Shown here piece after piece: positions 12,629 through 25,335 of a DNA stretch of 64,000 nucleotides; the first letter of the stretch is position 1; every line of letters begins with the position of its first letter. Position numbers and translations under genes: made by a program. The stretch comes from Priapulus caudatus (taxonomy: Eukaryota), in contig NW_014577083.1 of the NCBI RefSeq assembly GCF_000485595.1, positions 455,236-519,235 of the forward strand, read 5' to 3'. The notes under the pieces are model-generated. The model was not told the origin of the DNA. It ran no database searches and was given only the letters and a program-made list of their open reading frames with translations.

Positions 12629-14759
12629 GTATATATATATGTATATATTAGTATATTACTATAAACAATTAATTATAGACTTGGCTTAGTGACTCAGTTT
12701 TTTGGCGCTGTTGCCCACACTATAGCTCTGCATGATAATGGGCTGATCAGCCTATCAGCCCGTTCGTATGTTGTTCCTGGTGAACGCGAGGACAAACAGG
12801 CGAGCAATGTTCTCCTGTTTTTTGTGTCAACAAGAAGCCACGAGCGTAGCGTCGCATGTTTGATTTTAAACAGCGCCGATTCTCTCGCTTGCGCGCGTAC
12901 GTATAATCGCTGCTCACACTCGTAAGACAGCACAGCGCGCCGCACGCCCCCTGGCTTGCTTTCAATCGCGACTGAAATACACCGCGCGCACGCGACCTGT
13001 AGTGTCTTCTCTTGTGTCGAGGCGTTTTTGCGCGAACGAGGCGCGTTTCGAGTTGCTTTCAGATCCCTTTTCCACATGTAAAGGCATTGTGCCTATTTGA
13101 ATTGCTAGAATCGCTACGACGTATGCGGGGCATGGACGCACCGTCGGTATTGTCGGTGACTTTCGGTGTACGGTACGAACCCGTGCCAAGTGGGCAACGA
13201 CAGCGGGTGCTTTGGTCGGCGCCTCGCGACCATAACGCCACTGTGTCTTTTCTTCGTTAAATATATCAGACGACATTCTAAACGTATTTGCAGTCCATTA
13301 AACCATTGGGCGAGACCGTTAGATAAATCTGTTTTTTTTCTCTCGACGTCATTGCATGCTCCGTCGTCCCCCGTCTTTATTTGTGCACGCATATATGGAG
13401 CCGGTGTGTGGTGTAGAGACCCAGCTTATAGAAAGCTACCACCTCAATGGGGCGCGTTTCATGAAAGCGTCCTATTGATATTGCTAGGCACGTATTTGAG
13501 AGATAAAATGTTGTCTTGCCTGCGCGCGATGGAGCCTAATCATTGTCGTTTATAGTTGAAATGTGTTTTGCGTAGTGAGAAATTAAATGAGTTAGAAATG
13601 CTTCAAAAAACGTTGAGTAGCTTGATATGATATGATGATTGGTAAGCTTAACATATATCACTGTCACTGACAATAAAACCATGTCATGTACAACCACTGG
13701 TGGCACAACTAATGGCTCTTTCGGTGTCATTGAGGCACTGCGCTGATAGGTTAGTATGCAAAAGATTTCAACGATTTGCCAATTAAATTATAATTAATTT
13801 CAGTTATAAATAGGATCGCGTTGCAAGACATCCGCATAATGAGGTTGAATTGTACAATACGGATCCAATTAGTCATAAATAGTTATGCCAAGGCCCGTGA
13901 ATTGTAATTATCTACAAAGCTAAAGAAAAACCACTATTAACATTAATTTGTAAACGACTTGAAGAATTTTTGAAGATCTTTGAAGAATTTCGAAAGAACT
14001 TAGTTGCGTCCAATAGTTTGGCGCTGGTTTCGTTTAGGTGACATGAGATAATGGTACAGGCTGACAGCCTCACCCAAGGATATACGCTACGCGTGTGTGT
14101 GCGTGCGTGTATGCGTACGTTTCTGGTTGTAATACAACGTTACGAAGACATATAGACGTCCATGAAAATTGTTGGGAAATCGCGCGAAAATGATAATTTC
14201 GCGGTTTCGGCCGCAAATTGACGATCGCGCGCCATCACTCCACGCGCTTGTAAAACAAAGGTTCCTTTTAGTTTTCTCTCGTATTAGCTTTTCCAACTTC
14301 GGTACCTGCTGCATTTCCTCTATTCGAACGCTATTACCGGTATTATTTTTTCATGGCAACAACTTCAGGTGCAAATTAAATCCGTGAAAATATTGTTTTA
14401 TTATAAAAAAAAATCTGATAATTTTTTGCTGGCGAGCAAATGAAATTGCAGTGTAGATCCGCAGTAAGAATATTCTAAATGGGACAGCTCTTCTCCGTCA
14501 CTCGTTTTGTTACTATCCGTATGAGTAACCGTATACTTCCCATCGACCAGCTGTTATTATAAACCAGTTGGACATTATGTCAGTTTAGTAGAGGACTATT
14601 ATAAACCCGTTCACGTTGAAAAGAAGAAATACCTGTCTGATGGACGCAGCCAGATAAACGTAGCAGCCGAAGTAAATATGAGGTGTTGCTCACTGTATTC
14701 TCGCACTGGCTATAAGATGACCTCCCCCCCCCATGCGTACTAAATGCACACTGTATACG

Positions 14760-14798
<39 letters not shown>

Positions 14799-14858
14799 CC
14801 TATACATATATATTGCATATATGTATATATTAAATATGTACACAGCAGGAGTGTGTAT

Positions 14859-15021
14859 ATGGGGATTGATCCTGCAGCCGGTGCTTTCCCGCAGCCGACA
14901 GGGAGCGCGAGAAAGAAAATTGGAAAAGGAAGCAAGAGAAGGAAAGAGTTAACTGTGGTTAAATCAAACAAAATGTCCCCGGAGGAGCTACATCAATACT
15001 TGTTCTCTGATACAAAATACG
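14859..15021 (+). CDS. Hypothetical coding exon (Lys/Arg-rich, product unknown)
   Basis: Non-repetitive purine-rich frame MGIDPAAGAFPQPTGSARKKIGKGSKRRKELTVVKSNKMSPEELHQYLFSDTKY followed by possible donors G|gtaacg (15022) and G|gtatgg (15028). No homology recognised. Confidence 0.2.
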
Positions 15022-15330
15022 GTAACGGTATGGGTGCTTACCGAAATGCATCTACTTGCCCCGTACATTGACGCCATCAGTAGTGTCGAATTTCTGAATA
15101 CTGCTAATTGGTAAATGCTGAATATATATATAGCATGTATGGACGGAAAAATCTCAAGGATGTATCGGCATTTTTTCGGCATTCGGCATGGGCTAACTTC
15201 GGTAGAATATTTTAGTCTTTGGGGAGAAATAATTTACTATATGATAAGAGATTATGACAAAAAGGTGGACCGTGTAAAACCGCGCGTGGGTGCATTGTAA
15301 CTGTTGATATGTGATAAGTCAGATTAAATT

Positions 15331-15640
15331 GAGATACGATACGATACGACACGACACGACACGGCAAGACACGACAAGACACGAGATCACGCGATGTGAT
15401 ACGATGCGATGCCGAGCGACGAGACGCAATACAATACAATACAATACAATGCAATACAATACAATACAATACAATATACAATAAACAGATACAATACATA
15501 CACAATACAATACAATACAATACAATACAATACAATACAATACAATACAATACAATACAATACAATACATTTCAATACAATGCAATGCAATGTAATGCAA
15601 TGCAATGCAATGCAATGCAATTCAATACAATATAATACAC
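15331..15640. repeat. Pentanucleotide microsatellite series GATAC/GACAC, then (AATAC)n, then (AATGC)n
   Basis: Directly visible; source of the YCIVL/IQYNT pseudo-ORFs. Confidence 0.95.
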
Positions 15641-16899
15641 ATACACATACCCTTGCTAAGACGTTTGTAAAGTAGCAAACATAATAACATCGCCGGAAAG
15701 TTATAACGGACGTTCTTTTGATCAGTCAGAAGTGTGATGTCATGTCGCTGACCCACGAGTTTTTAGTCATCACTGCTCTACATACAAAATTTTGTCGCAT
15801 GTTAAACAAGGATGAACCCATCATGTGCATATTTGACATGCAGACATTCTACATACATTGATTGGTCGGAGAAATTTCCGTGACATTACTTAGTAAGACT
15901 CTAGGACATGTTGCCGGTTCTTTTTGGCCTCCGTAATTGTCGCTGTCCATGCGCAAGCATGTTGAGTAGAGAGAGAAAGCTGACCAGTGTATTAGACATG
16001 CTCTGAACGACATGTATATGTGGAAAAAGCAAATACTAGGCATAGCGCTATTATTCACACGAGGGGCTCTGTAATGACATATAGCGATATATACCCGGTT
16101 CATAATGATAAGCTATGCAGTATAGAGCTAGCTGCTTATAGAACTTTCTGAAAAGCAAGACAAAAATTGATTATTTTGCACACTCATTTTTTAGTTTTTA
16201 CTTTAGAGAGATTAATTTTTTTTAGATTTTCTTTAGATTTTTTTATGTTAGATAGGCACACTTCCCTTCTAGCCTCCCTATCCCCAACACACATCGCGCG
16301 TTCGTCTACATTTTTTAATCAAAACTATGCGCGTGAATGCGCTAGGGGAAGCTGGTCAAGCTGCGATAGCATTCAGCAGCCGATCCAGCCGATCAGCAAT
16401 TACGGGGTTGATGCCAATTTGGCAGTAATGATAACCTGTAGGTGTTATAAACCCCGCTGGGCGTCGGAGTCCCGCCATACAGGTGCGCCAGCCATTGCTC
16501 TCCGGCAAACTTGCTAAACGACTACAACCAGATCGCCTACCCGAAGATCTGTCGGAAATTATAAACAAAATTGCGCGTCATTAGTCGTGGCGTGCGCAGC
16601 GGGCATGGGGTGAGTTGCTCGCTCGGTGTAGGTGGGTGGAGATGTGTTTTTCTCTATTTTGCTCTCTCGCCGAAATGTCAGCCGAAGAGGTGAACAAAAA
16701 GTCACGCAAAGACGTGAAAGAGATTTTGGGGAAAAACTCGAGCTCGTTGGCGGAGAAATTAGCTCCGAATGCGATTCTGTGTTTAGTTTGATTATTATCA
16801 GAAAGTAGTCGAATAATATTTTGGCGTTCGATGCATTGCCCAGCTTATATAGGCGTTATACGTTGCGTTACAATAACCCGCATTGCATTATAATGAGCA

Positions 16900-16982
16900 C
16901 TAACACTAAAACTATTTGTGAAAACTAAAACTAAGGCTAAAACTAAAACTAAGACTAAAACTGGGTAAACACTGACACTAAG
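16900..16982. repeat. Degenerate (AAAACT)n hexamer repeat
   Basis: aaaactaaaactaaggctaaaactaaaactaagactaaaact. Confidence 0.8.
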
Positions 16983-19651
16983 CTGTTGCTCTAGGGTTTA
17001 AGTAAGGTAAAACACCAAAGCGGCTTCGCATATTTACGATTTAAAAAATTGTCAGCAAACGTACATTTTGCATATATATTATTCGTCGCATAATTTCGGC
17101 TAACTAATATGGAAATCACCATACTACATATCTATACTACTATCTACACTATACTCTCATATACTACACCAACAACAAATAGGAGTATCATTGCCATGCG
17201 GTATAAGCAGCATCCAATTTGCGCTCTGTGAGGCATAACGGCCCATTCCTGCTGCATGCTCGTTTAGCTCCCCCCGTGAGAAACACTAAAGTTGTGATAT
17301 TCGATATGCCAGTATGAATCACTGGCGGGCTACGCATCACGTGCGAGTCTGTCAAGCAGTATTTGTATCAAGTCCAAGACCAGTTATCGTATCTCGAATG
17401 TAAACATCACTTCTGCCCAGTTCTATCTAAGCTCAAAGAAAGCAGGTTTGGCTCGCGCCCGTGGAGGTGCTTCACTCATGGCTATACTAAAACAAAGTCG
17501 TTCCTCATGCAGGGAAATTCATTTCCATCATGATTAGCGTGTTGCCACAAAGAAAATGGCCGCCGTTCGTGCAAACTTTGTGTTAGCGATGTTAGATTTT
17601 TACTGCGAATGTGCGCATAATTATATAGTAATACGTATTGCCCAGGTCGCGTAAACCATACTCGGTCTCTATGAATTACTATAATTATGACTGCGCTCTT
17701 CATGTGCGGTCTAATGTAAATAAAGAGCAGGATAATTTGTCTGCTTTTAGCTTCGAACGTAAACGAAAGATGTGTTGACTACCAACCCGACACAAAATGC
17801 TACACGAAGAAACCATAAAAAATTTACAAGGATTTTCTATCGATCAGAAGAGAAAATATCCACACAAAGTATAAAGTTCAAAAGATATAATAGGTAAAAA
17901 TAGTATATAATACCAGGTGGCAAACTAATCTTGCTTTATTTTATCTTGCACGCGCAAGGGTGACTGTCGATGATGTTACAAAATCTACGCTAACTACCAG
18001 TCCCCTATTTTTGCGTATTGTCTGATGAAAAAAGAAACCGAGACAGTTTTTTTGTTCACGCGCCATGCACGTCTCTGGTCTAATCATCAGTGAAAGAGGG
18101 TAGTGCTGGCACGATATCGACTCGTATATGTCGTGAGTGGATAAGCTGGCACCTTGAATTGCACTGCTATTGTACGGTATATCGATTCATTTACTAATGG
18201 GCGTGCGCATGCTAATGTCTACTTTATGTCGCGTTTGAAACAGTTGGTGCCACGGCACGGATAGCATGGCGCTTTAATTGTCAAATCTATATCTGTATTA
18301 GCATGCCCAATTTCTGTCATGCAGGCTTCACGCGTACGCGATTATCTGCTTTATTTACTCACGATTGACATGTGCGAATATTGCTAATTTGTACTGTAGC
18401 GTGTGTGCGTATGAATGCGTGAGTGAGGCTGTGTGGCTATGTCTTAAAAGCTTTTTTTGTCATTAAATTAATGTTTTTGCCATCGATTATGTTAAAACAT
18501 TTCACGAAAGCAGAGCCTTAAATGCAACGTTGCTTTTAGGCGGGGTATATAAGTTGCAGGAGAAATTACTACGGCGTCGTGCACTTTCATTAGATGCTCT
18601 GGGAGAAAAAAACTCACATTGGATAGAACCAAATCGCCTTCGATCGCACTCTGCATCCCGCGTTATGACGTAGAGTAATACTCCGATAATTAGTTTCTAT
18701 CTATTCTGTCTGTTTGCCGAAATGCATTTTATATGTCCGAAAAATTGCCATCAACTGACAATGTAATAACGCAATGTGGACAATTCGTGCGGACACGCCG
18801 CGATAGTATTTAACTACAGTATTTGGAATAGAGAGGCCTTTGAAAGCAGCGACAATGGCTGTCATAAGCGAGCGCCGGGGAGTTGGGTCGAGTGATAAAG
18901 CACCGAACGTTGTTGTGATGTACCGTCACTTGTCCCAGAGCGTGTGCGCGACGTAGATAGATAGACAACACCAAATACAATGATCTCGCGGCCAAAGACC
19001 GCGCACGTGCTGGCGGGTGCTTTAGTAAAAAGAAGCGCGACCACGGCTGCGTGTGTTTGCTGGTGCAATTACACCGGCCGCGGTCTCCGTGTGTTCTTCA
19101 CCACATCGCAGGCCTTGCGTCGCACGCGCGCTATATACAGGTTACGTGTAGAGCCACCGTGTTTACTCCTCGCTGCGAGAAGCAAATACAGGGTTAAACA
19201 CGAGCGTGCAACTCTTGTCAGTCGCAGGGTTTCTCTCGCTGCGTGAGTGCTCCTGTCTCATTCGGACTGCACTGATGAGTCGCGCTGACAGCGAACGTGA
19301 CGTCGTCATGGTTATTGCGGAAAGCCGACAAATTGCTGTCAGTCGGCCTTAATGAACAGTGCGTCCGTGTGTTTGCTCGCTTCAGGTGAGTGTGGAGTAT
19401 GTATATGTGGAGTATGTATACGACTAATAGCAGACGCGGCGAGGGTATATGCGGGCAGGCAGGTAGAGAGACGCATGAACGGCGTATGTGAGGCCATGCA
19501 ACGTACGGTTACAGCGCGAAGCACACGGCTTGTGGGTGTGTGTACGATCACATCCTCCGTTGTTTCTCCCATGAGCACGCTGTGTGCTGTACGCGCATAG
19601 CTTTGTATGTTACGGTCTGGTGTGCTGTCTCGCGTGTGCGTGAGCGTGTGG

Positions 19652-19757
19652 TTATTTTCTTCTTCTATTAAACTATTATTCTATTATGTTATTTATTTAT
19701 CCCCGGTTGAACTTATTTTCTTCTATTAAACTATTATTCTATTATGTTATTTATGTT
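19652..19757 (+). repeat. Short tandem duplication X-X' (about 60 bp), with a third copy at about 23069-23118
   Basis: ttctattaaactattattctattatgttatttatttatccccggttgaactta is followed by a partial second copy; the same motif reappears right after segment A copy 2. Confidence 0.85.
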
Positions 19758-19758
19758 C

Positions 19759-20590
19759 AATTTCGTAATCGTTCTCTGTCCGTGTCCACTAGGCTGCAGA
19801 TGGCTTCTCTAGAAAGGATGCTACAACAGAAATGACTCATCGTCATACTAGGCAGTAATCGCGTTTAGTGCGCCACCCCCGCGCTATGTCAAACGTTAGC
19901 ATATGCTGACTTGTCACCAGAATATAAACAACGAGTTTTCCTATCTCTGACGGTTGCTGCGGACCATAGTATAATATAAGCAGCAGGTAATGTAAGGGTG
20001 TAAAAACGCCACCGTATACAAACATGTTTACGCTATACACCTGTGCACTGGCGTTAATTGGCATTACGTTTCATATAATAATTCAAAAGGTTCCCCCGCC
20101 GACTGTGTTCCTAGTAAAGCGTGTAAAATACCACGTTACATTTACAAGACACGATGGGGTGGCCCTATCCTGACAAGGCTCAGCCCATATAGCGTTAATT
20201 TTGATATAATGGAGACAGAGGTGGTCCCTTTGTTTGGGTGTGAATTGTTCTGGCGTTATTGTCGAACTTGGGTTATTGCTCAAATTACCTGCGATTGTGT
20301 GAAATACGAGGACCGTAGTGGTTAGCGGATTTCGTTGTCCGCGTATATACACGTGAGTCAGCCTCGGTCTGAGGTCCCGTTCTCTACGCATGGCCGCCTG
20401 CCGCTTAGGCTCACTGTGAGAGTCGTGCGCTATTATCATTGCAGGGTAGCGGGAGCCTAGCTGCTCGCTGCTATTGTCATCACAGGGTAGAGAGAGAGAG
20501 AGAGAGAGAGGGAGAGCGAGAGAGTCTGCAGCATTACCATCCCAGGGTAGAGGCTGTGAGGGTGCCCGCGTACAGTTTGCATCGCAGGGT

Positions 20591-20636
<46 letters not shown>

Positions 20637-21834
20637 CGAGCGAGAGAGCGAGAGAGGAGACCATCTCCCAGCGACCGCGTTAGTGCTTGTCGCGTCAGCA
20701 GCGGTTCCCAACCAGGTTCAGACGTGGGAGTGGCCTGCACTAATTTACTGGGTGGGACCAGGGTAAGGAGATTATGAGTGGGCTTGGTCACGCCTAAGCA
20801 CCGAGGCGGAGTCTGCAGTGGGAAGTGGCTCGGTCATTATCATAATGGCTGGTTTCAGTAAAAAGCGCCAGTAATCATTTCCTTCGCGCTGCCGATCGAT
20901 GGTAATGGGGTATGCTAATTACTGAAGCCAATCTCTTTAATGGCCAAGCATTGTCGAACGTCAGGTTCCAACTCAAACTTACTTTCCGCCTTATCAATGC
21001 CGCACACCAAACTGGTACGAAAGTCTGTTGTCCGGATAAATTAGAACTCAACGGGGAAATATAGTTCGCAATATCCAGCAGTGAAACAACATTTCCAGCT
21101 ATTGTGTCATCCAGATAGCACCCATTTCCCTCTCTCGTCTAAGTTGTTTGCAGCTCGAGAAAGAAATGTCGTTTTCCCTCTAGCGATATACACACTGTCT
21201 ACTATTATAGCGCGAATGCTATTAAACTCTGCGGATAGTGTCAGCGTCGATAGCCATTTCCTTTAAAATTTCGTGTTGTCGATCGGGAGCGGGGAGGGGA
21301 ACGTGGAAAGTCGGGAATAGAATCTCCCCGCGAGAGCATTCCCCGCTCTTGCAGACGTTTTCCATCACCCTAGTCGTTCGTTTGTCTTTGTCTCGCCAAC
21401 GCAGCTAGGAGCTGCTGCGAGGAAGCGCGCTCAATGGCAGGCTGAACCACGCGCAGCTCACCGCTACAGCCGTAATCTTGATCCCGTAGTCAATTCTCAG
21501 TGTTCTGTCGTCAGTATTCGAGTGTAGAATGTTTTCACATTGTAGCCGTTGCGGAGATGGTGCTCTACGGCGTCTCCTCTGTGTGTTTTTTGCGTGAATG
21601 ATGCTTTAACGTAATAATTGATCTTTACGTTCTGTATTCCCATTCACGTGCGCGATGGTGGGATTTGCGGCTATATGTAGCTATTGAACGTGAAATATTT
21701 TTTAAACTCTAGTTATAGTCTATACAGTCTATAATTACAATCTATAGTCTAGAATTTTTCTTTGACGTTATTTTCATAGCGAGACCAGGTTCGTACAATG
21801 TGTAGGCCCTATACGTTTTTGGGCATAATATATA
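19759..21834 (+). repeat. Duplicated segment B, copy 2 (deletion-biased)
   Basis: Colinear with 10067-12385 but about 240 bp shorter, from dispersed small deletions. Confidence 0.95.
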
Positions 21835-21835
21835 A

Positions 21836-23069
21836 GCTTCACTCCGGACTTTGCCACTGATGAAACATGTGTGGTTTTTAAAAGCCGCCATAAAGTGCTT
21901 CCGAGCAATTTTTGTAATTCATAAATTTATTTAAAAAAATTAATTTTCTTCTGCGCCGGTGATTAAACGAGAGATAATCCAGTCAGTTGCATCTAATCTC
22001 TGAACTCTCGCTGGTGACCTCGAGTCTCTGACCTCTAGCTTTCATGCTTTAGTCTCTGACTTTTAACTTTCATACTTTAGTTTCTGACTTCTAGCTTTCA
22101 TGCTTTAGTCTCTGACCTCTAGCTATCATGCTTTAGTCTGTGACCTCTAGCTTTCATGCTTAAGTGTCTGACTTCTAGTTTTTATGCTTTAGTCTCTGAC
22201 TTCTAACTTTCATGCTTTAGTCTCTCACCTCTAGCTGTCATGCTTTAGTCTGTGACCTCTAGCTGTCATGCTTTAGTCTCTCATCTCTAGCTTTCATGCT
22301 TTAGTGTCTGACTTCTAGTTTTCATGCTTTAGTCTCTGACTTCTAATTTTCATGCTTTAGTCTCTCAGCTCTAGCTTTCATGCTTTAGTCTCTGACTTCT
22401 AACTTTCATGCTTTAGTCTCTGACTTCTAGCTATCATGCTTTAGTCTCTGACCTCTAGCTTTCATGCTTTAGTCTCTCATCTCTAGCTTTCATGCTTTAG
22501 TCTCTGACTTCTAGCTTTCATGCTTTAGTCTCTCACCTCTAGCTTTCATGCTTTAGTCTGACCTCTAGCTGGCATGCTTTAATAGTCTCTGACCTCTAGC
22601 TGTCATCCTTTAGTCTCTGACCTCTAACTGTCATCCTTTAGTCTCTGACCTCTAGCTGTCATGCTTTAGTCTGTGACCTCTAGCTGTCATGCTTTAGTCT
22701 CTGACCTCTATCTGTCATGCTTTAGTCTCTGACCTCTAACTGTCATTCTTTAGTCTCTGACCTCTAACTGTCATCCTTTAGTAGTGTCTGACTTCTAGCT
22801 TTCATGCTTTACTCTCTCACCTCTATCTGTCACCCTTTAGTCTCTGACTGCTAGCTGTCACCATTTAGTCTCTGACCTCTAGCTTTCATGCTTTAGTATC
22901 TGACCTTTAGCTCTCATGCTTTAGTCTCTGACCTCTAGCTGTCATCCTTTAGTCTCTGACCTCTAGCTGTCATGTTTTATTCTCTCACCTCTATCTGTCA
23001 TCCTTTCTCGGAGCACTAGCTGGCGTTCGCTAGTCTCTGACCTCTGGCCGGAAGCCTCTGGTCTTTCAT
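21836..23069 (+). repeat. Duplicated segment A, copy 2 (clean)
   Basis: Matches 8364-9684. Confidence 0.95.
22024..23045. repeat. 28-bp minisatellite, about 36 copies, consensus tctctgacctctagctttcatgctttag
   Basis: Head-to-tail units with variants (cct/ctt, gcttt/gctgt/acttt, catgc/catcc) and no unique spacers. Confidence 0.97.
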
Positions 23070-23912
23070 ATTAAACTTTTATTCTATGTTGTTATTTATT
23101 TATCCCCGGTTGAACTTAGATGGAGTGCAGGTTCACATTCTCCCCCATGTAGTCTGTATCTGCGAGAGCGCGTTCGTGATACCATCTAAATTCACATTGT
23201 TAGTGAGAACGGGATTGCTGAGAACGTGAGATTCCCGATGAACCTGATCAATTCATATTTGCTGGCGCGTGAGGACAACGAGACTATTGTAGGGAATGCG
23301 TGTGTTGTATATTTATAGCTGCTGTTCAATTTAAAGATTAATTTAATATTTAGGCTTAATAGTAATATTATTTAATGTGATTTAGGACCTGGTTTAAAAA
23401 ATGCGGATACTAAAATAATAATTTCTGATATTTTCTGATTACTTCTAATAATTGAAAAAAAAAATTATCGTATAGAGAGGTTTTGCTTTTCATCGGAAAG
23501 TTTCATTAGATTACCACTTTTACTCTCAATGCCACCAATCACAATCTTTGCCGAAACCATACTTTGCGAAAACGTTGATATATATTTTCTGCTTATTTTC
23601 GAGAAGGTGCGCAGTTTTCTATCCGCGGCAAATGCACCGTAATCGTACAGTAATAAATTACTTTGGCATTTCATCGAGTCCGTAATGCGCAACAAAAAGC
23701 GCCGGTGTTCGGCTCTGAATGAAAACGCTGCAGTCAATATTTCTCTCCTAGGTTCTCACCTTCATGAAAGAGCCGTTCATTAGACGTCATTGTCTTCGGC
23801 ACGCTAGTTTTCGGGCACGCGCGAAATAAAAATGATTTTCGGCAATTACTCCGCGATTCGAAAACGTCGACATTTTCGTGACTACGACGGTTTTCCATTA
23901 GCGATCGCCTCC

Positions 23913-23916
<4 letters not shown>

Positions 23917-23962
<46 letters not shown>
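23917..23962. repeat. (CT)n microsatellite
   Basis: Directly visible. Confidence 0.95.
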
Positions 23963-23965
<3 letters not shown>

Positions 23966-24400
23966 TGCCGGTTCCCACGCCCGGCCGCCGCCAGCGCCGA
24001 GAGCTCGCCTGCCCCTCCAGAGCCTTGAGATGTGTGTCAGCCCCTCAGAACTCGTTCTGAGAGGGATTACGGTGCCGGCGAATATCCGGTGCGTGCGTTT
24101 TTCGCATATTCGGCGCACGCACCTGTGGGTGAGCGAACGGCGCGCAGTTCACGCTAGGCTTACTCTCCGATTAGGTGGCATTCAGAGCTTGTACGGAGAG
24201 GAAATCAGCGTCGACTGTTTCGCATTAATTTCCGAGAGACGAACGCACGACGCGCACGTAGTAGCCGGTGCAGTTGCTCACTAAAGCCTGATCAATCTGA
24301 CGATGTGTTGCTGTTACACGAGGCGTGCGCTATGAGCACGATATACGTTCGTATAGCTCACGTCCTCGCACGCGCCATTCTTATAATCATTCTACTCGTC

Positions 24401-24561
24401 ATTTTCACGGTCATCGTTGTGGTAATTTTCACGGTCATCGTTGTGGTAATTTTCACGGTCATCGTTGTGGTAATTTTCACGGTCATCGTTGTGGTCAATT
24501 TCAAGGTCGGTGTTGTGAGAATGTTTTCGTGAGCGTCGTTATGGTCATTTTCACGAGCGTC
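24401..24561. repeat. 24-bp minisatellite attttcacggtcatcgttgtggta
   Basis: About 4 near-perfect copies (24401-24496) followed by 2-3 degenerate copies. Confidence 0.92.
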
Positions 24562-24619
24562 CTGGATACGTTAGGGTTCGCTCAAATCGCTCTCCGTTGT
24601 TCGAGCGTCGAGTATGACA

Positions 24620-24739
24620 AGCACGCACGCACGTGTGCCAACACGCACCCCCATACACGCGCACGTTCGCAAACACACACACACGCGCACGCACACACAC
24701 GCACACACACGCTCACACACACAAACACGCAAGCACACA

Positions 24740-24778
<39 letters not shown>

Positions 24779-24857
24779 GCGCGCACACACACACACACAT
24801 ACACACGCACGCACGCACACACACGCACACACGCACGCACGCACACACATATACACG

Positions 24858-24919
<62 letters not shown>

Positions 24920-24962
24920 CACACACACGCGTACNNNNNNNNNNTGTGTACGCGTGTGTGTG

Positions 24963-25022
<60 letters not shown>

Positions 25023-25335
25023 CGTGTATGTGTGTGTGCGTGCGTGCGTGTGTGCGTGTGTGTGCGTGCGTGCGTGTGTATGTGTGTATGTGTGTGCGTG
25101 TGTGCGTGTGTGTGTGTGGGTGTGTGTGCACACATGCACATGCACACGCACACACATACACACATACACACGCACGCACGCACACACACGCACACACGCA
25201 CGCACGCACACACATACACACGCACGCACACACACACACACTCACACACACACACACACACACACACCGTGTCGTATGCGTGTGCATGTGCGTGTGCACA
25301 CATGCACACGCACACGCGCACGCACACTCACCTGC
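24620..25335. repeat. Compound (CA/CG)n and (TG)n microsatellite block mirrored around a 10-N gap at 24935-24944
   Basis: ...catatatacacacacacgcgtac NNN tgtgtacgcgtgtgtgtgtatatatg...; the two sides are reverse complements. Confidence 0.9.

Noticed and set aside
8114..19300. Other CTGATGA motifs (near 8114, 8385, 18023, 19272) as hammerhead ribozymes
   Set aside because: None has a stem II followed directly by GAAA plus a pairing stem I.
22024..23045. 28-bp repeats as a CRISPR array
   Set aside because: Units are head-to-tail with no unique spacers, there are no cas genes, and the context is eukaryotic.
23330..23760. Possible Kolobok/hAT-type DNA transposon remnant (ttaaag start, gaaagtttcattagatt motif)
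   Set aside because: I could not find a matching second terminus or target-site duplication.
24770..25110. Large palindrome centred on 24940
   Set aside because: The symmetry axis is exactly a 10-N gap, so an inverted contig overlap is more likely than a real foldback.
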